The notes under the pieces: generated by a model
Database searches by the model: none
Told to the model about the DNA's origin: nothing
The model's input: the letters and a program-made list of their open reading frames with translations, nothing else
Assembly: GCF_000299365.1 (NCBI RefSeq)
Contig: NC_018655.1
Coordinates: forward strand, 570,001-602,000
Source of the DNA: Candidatus Nitrosopumilus koreensis AR1
GTDB taxonomy: Archaea > Thermoproteota > Nitrososphaeria > Nitrososphaerales > Nitrosopumilaceae
Length of the DNA: 32,000 nt
Reading direction: 5' to 3'
Shown here: piece after piece, positions 24,938-31,805 of the stretch
Position numbering within the stretch: the first letter of the stretch is position 1
Layout: each line of letters begins with the position of its first letter
Made by a program: the position numbers and the translations under genes

Positions 24938-25339
24938 TTGTCAACACAATCTACTAGGGCTTTTAAAGTCGCAGTAGATATTGCAAAAAAATATGACTCA
25001 AAACTTACTCTTTTGACTTGTCTTGAAGGGGATGCTTGGCATCATAAATTCTATGATGCAAGAGCTGATTCTGAACTAATTAAAAAACAAAAATCAGTCT
25101 CACAAAAACACCTTGAAAAATTAAAAGTAATTGCAGATAAAAACAATGTTTCTATAAAATCTAATATTTTAACATCAAAATCAGTTGTTAATGATATTGT
25201 AAACTTTGCAAAATCTAGAAAGTATGATCTAATTGTAATTGGCTCTCATGGTAGAACTGGTTTTGATAAAGCTCTTTTAGGTAGTGTTGCAAACGGTGTA
25301 TCTCAAAAAGCAAGATGCCCTGTTCTTATAGTAAAATAA
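24938..25339 (+). CDS. Universal stress protein (UspA family); true N-terminus lies upstream of the only canonical start
   Basis: The ATP motif 'GSHGRTGFDKALLGSVA' is present. The conserved first strand 'NILIPFDLS' is encoded at 24917-24943, upstream of and overlapping TTG 24938, immediately after the TAG at 24902-24904 and in the same frame as the upstream ORF. Confidence 0.7.
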   Translation: MSTQSTRAFKVAVDIAKKYDSKLTLLTCLEGDAWHHKFYDARADSELIKKQKSVSQKHLEKLKVIADKNNVSIKSNILTSKSVVNDIVNFAKSRKYDLIVIGSHGRTGFDKALLGSVANGVSQKARCPVLIVK

Positions 25340-25343
25340 TCCA

Positions 25344-26219
25344 GTGATATTGTTGATTTCAATTGTCGGTAGCGGTAGAGTTGGCTCGTCAATTGGATTT
25401 CTTTGTGTTTCTAATGGATTAGATGATGTGTTATTTGTAAATAAAACAAAAGAAAAAGCTATTGGTGAGGCATTAGATATTGCAAATGCAATACCTGCCA
25501 ACTCCAAAATTTCTATACGTGGCACAGATGATTATTCTGAATTAGTAGGATCTGATATTGTTGTGATTACTGCAAGTGTTGATATTTACCTCAAAGATCG
25601 AACTGAAAATATTGGTTTACAGGTTAAAATGGTAAAAGATATTGCAGAAAAAATTAAAGAATATTGTCCTTCTGCAATTGTTTTGATGGTTTCAAACCCT
25701 CTTGATGTTTTAACTTATTTTTTTCAAAAACAAAGTGGTTTTTCTAGATTCAAAGTAATTGGTATTGCCTCTAGTCTTGATACTAGTAGATTTCGTTATT
25801 ATATTTCTGAAACATTGTCTGTTCCTCAATCATCAATTTCTAATGCACTTGTTTTAGGAGAACATGGCGATTCTATGGTTCCAATTTTTTCAGGAGTGTC
25901 TGTTGGTGGAAATCCTCTTTTTTCATTGATTGATAGTAGGGACACAATAACTGAAAATGTTCGAAATTATTGGAAAACATTACGTAATTTCAAGAGTAGA
26001 TCTCAATTTGGTATTGCAAAAAATACATTTGATGTAATAGATGCAATCGTAAAGAAAAAAGAGATTGTGATTCCTGCATCTATAGTTCTTGAGGGTGAGT
26101 ATGGCGAATACAACATTGCCATGGGTGTGCCTGTAAAGATTGATCAAAATGGTGTATCTGAAATACAAAAAATAAAACTTGATGACACTGAAGCATCCTC
26201 TCTAAAAAAAATCATCTGA
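25344..26219 (+). CDS. mdh: Malate (L-lactate family) dehydrogenase
   Basis: GTG start 4 nt after the usp stop. 'ISIVGSGRVGSS' (GxGxxG), 'MVSNPLDVLT', 'LDTSRFR', and the catalytic His in 'GEHGDSMVP'. The 3' end may be displaced by a frameshift in an A8 run (see finding). Confidence 0.8.
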   Translation: MILLISIVGSGRVGSSIGFLCVSNGLDDVLFVNKTKEKAIGEALDIANAIPANSKISIRGTDDYSELVGSDIVVITASVDIYLKDRTENIGLQVKMVKDIAEKIKEYCPSAIVLMVSNPLDVLTYFFQKQSGFSRFKVIGIASSLDTSRFRYYISETLSVPQSSISNALVLGEHGDSMVPIFSGVSVGGNPLFSLIDSRDTITENVRNYWKTLRNFKSRSQFGIAKNTFDVIDAIVKKKEIVIPASIVLEGEYGEYNIAMGVPVKIDQNGVSEIQKIKLDDTEASSLKKII

Positions 26220-26260
26220 AAAAATTCGAAATGATATAGACTCTGTTCATGAATAAGTTG

Positions 26261-27049
26261 TTATTTTTTTGAGACTTTCTTCATGTTTGTTGCAGTAGTT
26301 TTTTTTTCTTCATGTTTGTTGCAGAGTTTTTTGTTTTTTAATTGAGAATGAATGAGATCTTTTTGCCAATGTGAATTGTATAATCTGCATTCTTTGTTAT
26401 CGCAAAACGCATCTCCTGTTTCATAGTACATAATGGCCTGTAAAAGATATCCTTCTACAATTTCTGACAATCTTGGATCGTTGTATTCTAGAAATTCTCC
26501 TTTGTATTTTTCTTTAATTTTTACCATTTCCTCTTTTGTAAAATTGGTCATCAAATCAAGATAGTACTTCTTTGGTTTTGCAGGCGCTTCTATTATTCCT
26601 GTAGTTGATATTATTGTAGGATTTGCACCAATCAACGCTCTTGCATGATATCTAAAGTCATCTTCGTCAAATGTACATGTTAGTTTATTTGTAAAAATTA
26701 TGTGTAGTGTGTCTTGAATCTTTTCATTTATTGGTATAGAATCTGATATTATTTTTTGTAATTCAAATCCATCATAAAGAATTTTTTCTTCATTTTGTGA
26801 ATTATCTGTGTTTTCCCTTTCTGTTTGTATTTCTAATTCTGTAGGTGTATGTCTTGAAAATGGTTTTTTTAATTCAAAAACCTTCGTCGTTGCAATTTTT
26901 TCAAAAATCTCCTTATCTGCGTTTTTAAAAAAATTCGGTCTAGTTTCTATATCTGTCTGAAATGTTTGTCTGAGAAATTTTTCAATTTGGTTAATTTGAA
27001 TTTCTGGAACTGTGGGTTCATCATAAATGATAATTTTTCTTGTTTTCAA
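26261..27049 (-). CDS. Archaemetzincin-fold protein lacking the HExxH catalytic motif (putative pseudo-protease)
   Basis: The C-terminal 'AIMYYETGDAFCDNKECRLYN...LCNKH' reproduces the G-x3-C-x4-C ... C-x2-(C/H) part of the archaemetzincin signature HExxHxxGx3Cx4CxM..CxxC. The two His and the Glu positions are A, I and Y here. The N-terminal 'KIIIYDEP..' and central 'IIFTNKLTCTFDEDDFRYHARALIGANPTIIST' also follow the family layout from memory. Confidence 0.5.
   Translation of the reverse strand: MKTRKIIIYDEPTVPEIQINQIEKFLRQTFQTDIETRPNFFKNADKEIFEKIATTKVFELKKPFSRHTPTELEIQTERENTDNSQNEEKILYDGFELQKIISDSIPINEKIQDTLHIIFTNKLTCTFDEDDFRYHARALIGANPTIISTTGIIEAPAKPKKYYLDLMTNFTKEEMVKIKEKYKGEFLEYNDPRLSEIVEGYLLQAIMYYETGDAFCDNKECRLYNSHWQKDLIHSQLKNKKLCNKHEEKKTTATNMKKVSKK
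26277..26324. repeat. Tandem direct duplication (period 29 nt) at the 3' end of the archaemetzincin-like gene
   Basis: The identical 19-mer 'ttcttcatgtttgttgcag' occurs at 26277-26295 and 26306-26324. The flanks remain similar ('tagttttttt' versus 'agttttttgt') apart from a 1-nt indel. Confidence 0.85.
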
Positions 27050-27072
27050 TATGGAGACAAACGTCTGATTGC

Positions 27073-27891
27073 TTATCTTTCTAACTCTTTGATTTTCTCA
27101 GCTGCAATTTCAGCTGCTCTTTTTCCAGAATACAACATTGAACCAAATGTAGGGCCCATTCTTGCCAAACCATGAGTTTCTGTGACTGACATTCCTGCTG
27201 CAATAAGTCCTGGATATACTTCTCCTGTCTTGTGAACAACATGCTCTTCTCCGTCGTTTACAAACATTGGTTGCATTCCTTTCCATTCAGCTAAACCTCT
27301 ATCAACTAGTCTTTTCACTGCAACAGAATCATGACCTGATGCGTCAATGATTACTTTGGCTTCAAATGCAACTGGGTCCACACATGTAATGTTACGTGGT
27401 AATGCTGATACTGGCATCCAGTTAACAACAATTCCTGCAACTCTTCCGTTTTTTAGAACCAAGTCGTCAAATTTTGTTAATTGTAAAAATTTCACTCCTG
27501 CATCACAAGCTCCTGCAATTAATTTTGATACTGCGTGTGGACCAGGTGTCAAATACAATCCGTCTTTTACTTTTTTGTATGGCACTCCTAACTCGTCCCA
27601 AATTTTTTGTGCAGGTTCTCTTACGGTAACTGGATTCATCATATATCCTCCTAACCAATACCCTCCGCCCAGGTAGTTGTTTTGTTCAATAACTAAAACT
27701 TTGAATCCCAAGTTTGAAAGCTCTCTGCTTGCAGTAAGTCCTGCAGGGCCTGCACCGATAATTATTACATCTGATTCTGATCTGTCAATTAAGACCTCGT
27801 GGAATTCATTTGCTATAGCTTGTGTAATTTCAACTTCACGAACATCGGTAAATATTTTTGATGACTTTTCTGCTACAGTTGCTTCTTGCAT
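27073..27891 (-). CDS. thi4: Thiamine thiazole synthase THI4 (Cys-containing type)
   Basis: 'DVIIIGAGPAGLTASRELS..FKVLVIEQNNYLGGGYWLGGYMMNPVTV' and 'IIDASGHDSVAV'. The active-site context 'NITCVDP' has its Cys codon at 27382-27384. Confidence 0.9.
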   Translation of the reverse strand: MQEATVAEKSSKIFTDVREVEITQAIANEFHEVLIDRSESDVIIIGAGPAGLTASRELSNLGFKVLVIEQNNYLGGGYWLGGYMMNPVTVREPAQKIWDELGVPYKKVKDGLYLTPGPHAVSKLIAGACDAGVKFLQLTKFDDLVLKNGRVAGIVVNWMPVSALPRNITCVDPVAFEAKVIIDASGHDSVAVKRLVDRGLAEWKGMQPMFVNDGEEHVVHKTGEVYPGLIAAGMSVTETHGLARMGPTFGSMLYSGKRAAEIAAEKIKELER

Positions 27892-27914
27892 GAAAAAATT
27901 CTTGCCTAGAACCC

Positions 27915-27921
27915 ATTAATA
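27915..27921 (-). promoter_or_regulatory. TATA-like box for thi4
   Basis: The minus strand reads TATTAAT, centred about 27 nt upstream of the thi4 ATG at 27891. Confidence 0.35.
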
Positions 27922-28048
27922 CTTTCCCACATGTGTTAAAAATTAGGAGATACTAATTATACTCCATGAATTGATTTTTTCTTAAAAATACAGGAAATAT
28001 TGCGCTAGCCTTGAAAGTTTGAGTCCTAAAAACTCCATTTCTCAAAAA

Positions 28049-28055
28049 TTTATAT
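28049..28055 (+). promoter_or_regulatory. TATA-like box for sir
   Basis: TTTATAT centred about 29 nt upstream of the TTG start at 28081. Confidence 0.35.
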
Positions 28056-28080
28056 CACAACTCAAAGGAATTTCCTTGTA

Positions 28081-29889
28081 TTGACAGTATCTGATCTTAA
28101 ACAATCTGCACCTGATTCATCTCAACCTAAAATTAATTGGGCAAGAATCGAAGAGGCAGATAATTTTGCAAAAACTGTAAAACTATTCCGTCAAGGAAAA
28201 TATGATGAAGATAGTTTCAGACGATTTAGACTTCAACATGGTGCCTATGGCACTCGTATGACTGGGGATTATGCAATGGTTAGAATTAAACTCCCTGCAG
28301 GCGAGATCTACCCTCACCAATTTGAAAAAATATCTCAGCTTAGTGAGCAATATTCTATTGGCAGCGCCCACTTTTCAACAAGAGAGAACATTCAACTACA
28401 TTGGGTGATCCTTGAGGATGTCTCAGAAATTTTCAGAGGGTTAGCCGAAGTTGGATTGACTTCAAGAGAAGCATGCGGAAATAGTGTCAGAAATGTAATG
28501 TGTAGTCCAATGGCTGGTGTGTGTAATGATGAAGAATTTGATTCTACACCTTACGCACTTGCTACTGCAAAATTCTTTTTAAGAAATCCAATGGCTCAGA
28601 ACCTTCCTCGTAAATTCAAATTCAATTTCACCTGTTGTGAGAAGCATGGGATGGTAAGAATGGTTGATGTTGGATTAATTCCTCAAATAAAAGAAATAGA
28701 TGGAACTCCTCAAAAAGGTTTCAAAATATTTCTTGGTGGTGGGTTAGGAAACAGATCATTTGTTGGACATCAATTAGAAGATTTTACTCCTGAAGAAGAA
28801 TTGCTTTACACATCAATTGCTGTATTGAGAATATTTGATAGGTTAGGTGATAGAAAAAATCTTGCCAGAAACAGAATGCGTTACCTTGTAAATGATATGG
28901 GTTGGGAAAAATTCCAAAACCTTGTACTAAAAGAAAGAGCTGTTGTAAAAGCTACTCAATCTATAGTTACACAACTTGATCTAGATAACACTCCTGATGC
29001 AATTAAACGACCAATTAGAATTAGTGATGAGAGTGGTAGTGGAACTCCTGATGGTTATGCCAGATGGCTGAAAACAAACACTGAAAAACAAAAACAATCT
29101 GATTATCGTACTGTATTTATCACTCTTGAGGCAGGAGATATCACTTCAAACCAACTAAGATCTTTGGCTGAAATTATTCGTGACTTTTCTTCAGAGGGTA
29201 AGGCTCGTGCGGGTTTTGTACAAAATGTTGCATTACGTTACGTGCATGAAGATGATTTACCACGTTTGTATTCTAAACTTCTTGAAGTTGGATTAGCAAA
29301 ATCAGGCGCTCTTACCATGACTTCTCCTATTGGATGTTCTGGTACAACTTCTTGTAATCTTGCACTAACAAATTCACATAGACTGGCAAAAGAAATTCAA
29401 AGAAAATTCTTGGAATTAAAACTTGATGAAGATGATGATCTTCGTGATTCATCTATCAAAATAAGTGGGTGTCCAAACTCTTGTGGTCAACATGGTATTG
29501 CAACAATTGGATTCTTTGGAGGTGGTGCACGTGTTGGAAAAGATATGTATGCAAACTATCAGATGTCTTTAGGTGGACGTTCTGATGGTGACACAATGTT
29601 GGGACAAATTTGTCACAGAATTCCTGCAAAAAGAGTAATCCCTGTAATTTTAAAGATTATTGAACTGTTTAAGGAAAACAAAAAACCTGATGACACTCTG
29701 AAATCTTGGATTCATAGAGTTGTAAATAACAGTGAAGATTCTGAAATCAAATCTGTTGCTGATATTAAAAAAGTAATTGATCCATTAACAATTCCTCCAA
29801 CAAAAGAAGAGGATCCTGATTTCTATCTTGATTATGGCAGCGATACTAGTTATCATACTAAAACTGGAAAGGGTGAATGTGCTGCTTGA
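28081..29889 (+). CDS. sir: Ferredoxin-type sulfite/nitrite reductase (siroheme-[4Fe-4S]), probably assimilatory sulfite reductase
   Basis: 602 aa with a TTG start and a duplicated NiR/SiR half-domain architecture. Cluster/siroheme Cys are 'GCSGTTSCNL' (C-x5-C) and 'SGCPNSCGQHG' (C-x3-C). Sulfite versus nitrite specificity cannot be decided by eye. The sulfur-gene context favours sulfite. Confidence 0.85.
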   Translation: MTVSDLKQSAPDSSQPKINWARIEEADNFAKTVKLFRQGKYDEDSFRRFRLQHGAYGTRMTGDYAMVRIKLPAGEIYPHQFEKISQLSEQYSIGSAHFSTRENIQLHWVILEDVSEIFRGLAEVGLTSREACGNSVRNVMCSPMAGVCNDEEFDSTPYALATAKFFLRNPMAQNLPRKFKFNFTCCEKHGMVRMVDVGLIPQIKEIDGTPQKGFKIFLGGGLGNRSFVGHQLEDFTPEEELLYTSIAVLRIFDRLGDRKNLARNRMRYLVNDMGWEKFQNLVLKERAVVKATQSIVTQLDLDNTPDAIKRPIRISDESGSGTPDGYARWLKTNTEKQKQSDYRTVFITLEAGDITSNQLRSLAEIIRDFSSEGKARAGFVQNVALRYVHEDDLPRLYSKLLEVGLAKSGALTMTSPIGCSGTTSCNLALTNSHRLAKEIQRKFLELKLDEDDDLRDSSIKISGCPNSCGQHGIATIGFFGGGARVGKDMYANYQMSLGGRSDGDTMLGQICHRIPAKRVIPVILKIIELFKENKKPDDTLKSWIHRVVNNSEDSEIKSVADIKKVIDPLTIPPTKEEDPDFYLDYGSDTSYHTKTGKGECAA

Positions 29890-30683
29890 CAAAGTCGTAT
29901 AACATAACAACAGATGTAGACTCTTTACGTTCAGAAATCAGAGACAAAAGCGTTCGAGTAATTGATGTAAGACGTGAAGATGATTACAAAAAAGATCATA
30001 TCTCTACTGCTGTCAACTTGCCTTTGGCAAATCTTTTGTCTGATGATTCACCTGAACGTGTTTTAAAATTAGTAAATTCAATGGGAATTGATGATGAGAC
30101 TCGTGTTGTTGTTTATGATGATACTTTTGGTGCATTGGCATCTAGAGTTGCATGGACCTTAGAATATCTTGGACATTCAGACGTGAGTTTGCTTGAAACA
30201 ACTTACAGTCATTGGAAATCTCTTGGACTTGAAAACGACTCTCAAACCCCTGAAGTGCATAACAAGGAACACTCTTTGAACTTGCAGCCTGATATTTTGG
30301 CCACATCTGACTATTTGGACTCTGCAAAACAAAGAGATGATGTGATTCTAATTGATAATAGGGAAAGACTCAATTTCCTTGAACAACATATTCCTGGTGC
30401 AATTAGCCTTCCATACAGAACTCTTGCATCAAATGATAAAATTTTACGCTCAAAAGAAGACATGAAACGTTTACTTGATAATCGTGGTATAACTGGTGAT
30501 TCTGAAATTATTACATATTGTGGAAGTGTGGGTACTCTATCTGGATTGGCATATTATGCATTAAAAACTGCAGGATTGCCTAATGCCAAATTATATGTTC
30601 GTTCTTTTAAAGAATGGAAAAACCTTCAGAAACCTACTGAAAAACAAGAAGATGCAAATTATTGGGATTTATCTGCTGAATAA
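29877..30683 (+). CDS. Two-domain rhodanese sulfurtransferase (thiosulfate/3-mercaptopyruvate type)
   Basis: The N-terminal domain appears inactive ('VRVIDVRREDDYKKDHISTAVNLP'). The C-terminal catalytic domain has 'ILIDNRERLNFLEQHIPGAISLP' and the active loop 'ITYCGSVGTLS'. The start is ATG 29877 or TTG 29886, and both lie inside the sir 3' end. Confidence 0.8.
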   Translation: MCCLTKSYNITTDVDSLRSEIRDKSVRVIDVRREDDYKKDHISTAVNLPLANLLSDDSPERVLKLVNSMGIDDETRVVVYDDTFGALASRVAWTLEYLGHSDVSLLETTYSHWKSLGLENDSQTPEVHNKEHSLNLQPDILATSDYLDSAKQRDDVILIDNRERLNFLEQHIPGAISLPYRTLASNDKILRSKEDMKRLLDNRGITGDSEIITYCGSVGTLSGLAYYALKTAGLPNAKLYVRSFKEWKNLQKPTEKQEDANYWDLSAE

Positions 30684-31805
30684 TTAAGAAATTTCGTTTC
30701 TAAGTTTTTTTGTAATTGTAACTTCTACATTATCAAATAACGTCAACATTTTTTCTTTGTTTTCAGCAATATAGTCGTCCCCTCTATCTTTTAATCTGAT
30801 TTTCCATAATCTTATTTCTCTGTGTTCATCAAAGAAGTTTTCAATCATAGGCTCTCCTGATTTTTTAGGATCAACAAACTCATCAAATATTTCAATTGCT
30901 TTTTCTGCATTTTCTTCTTCAATTGCTTCTTTTGCATCTTGGATTGCTTGACTTAGTTCTTTAAGATTTTTCACTGGTTTTGGCAATCTCTTTCGTGTGA
31001 TTCCAAACAATCCCTTCTTTTCTTTACCCATTTTTTCTGCAACATTTGGAGCAAGATCATAAACAGGAATTTTACTTAGACCGTCTCTTTTTTCATTTTG
31101 AACAATCAATCCCTTTTCTAATAATTTTCTCAATGCACCTTCTGCATCAGCTTTATCTAGAAATGTTGTCCATACAATTGAACCCAGTGTGTGGTATCCT
31201 TGTCTTATTGACTCTAAAACTACAACTTCTTGAATTCTTTTGAATCCTTCTTCAATTCTGACATTAACAAAATCTTTATCTCTGATTGATTTTCTTGCAT
31301 TCTTTACATCAATTTCGATTGAACGTTTCAATGCTTCTAGTGATTCTGGAACCTGATTGAGTAATGATAGAAAACATGCTTTGTTATACCAAGCCATTCC
31401 GTATGTTGGGTCTGTTTCAATTGCTTTCTCAACTGAATCCAGAGCTTTAGAATAATTTTTTTGTTCATAATGTACTAATCCTTTAAGATTCCATGCTTCG
31501 GGATTTGTAACATCGATATCTAGAATTTTATCATAAACTTTCAATGCTTCGTTATGATCATCAAGATGAAATCTTGCATATCCTAATTTCAATAATGTCT
31601 CTACATTGTCTGGATCTATTCTCAAAGCTTGTTCAAAGGCTACGATGGCTTCTTCGAGTTTTTCATCTGCCATCAAATTAACTCCTTTTTTAAATAATTT
31701 CTTGCGATTATAGTCGATATCAACTAGTGATGTCTCTTCTGTTTTTTCTTCTATCTTGAATTCTTCTTCTTTTTCCTTTGATTTTTTCCCAAACGGTTTT
31801 TTCAC
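30684..31805 (-). CDS. TPR-repeat protein with possible winged-helix-like C-terminal region
   Basis: GTG start. About four TPR units occupy roughly aa 45-180 ('EEAIVAFEQALRIDPDNVETLLKLGYA', 'NEALKVYDKILDIDVTNPEAWNLKGLV', 'SKALDSVEKAIETDPTYGMAWYNKACF'...). They are followed by 'ADAEGALRKLLEKGLIVQNEKRDG', which looks wHTH-like (weak). Confidence 0.7.
   Translation of the reverse strand: MKKPFGKKSKEKEEEFKIEEKTEETSLVDIDYNRKKLFKKGVNLMADEKLEEAIVAFEQALRIDPDNVETLLKLGYARFHLDDHNEALKVYDKILDIDVTNPEAWNLKGLVHYEQKNYSKALDSVEKAIETDPTYGMAWYNKACFLSLLNQVPESLEALKRSIEIDVKNARKSIRDKDFVNVRIEEGFKRIQEVVVLESIRQGYHTLGSIVWTTFLDKADAEGALRKLLEKGLIVQNEKRDGLSKIPVYDLAPNVAEKMGKEKKGLFGITRKRLPKPVKNLKELSQAIQDAKEAIEEENAEKAIEIFDEFVDPKKSGEPMIENFFDEHREIRLWKIRLKDRGDDYIAENKEKMLTLFDNVEVTITKKLRNEIS

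Noticed and set aside
27892-28080. Looked for a TPP riboswitch in the thi4 5' region, within the divergent thi4/sir spacer.
   Set aside because: The minus-strand leader is only about 25-30 nt past a TATA-like box. It contains neither the conserved CUGAGA nor the ACCUGA elements of TPP aptamers.
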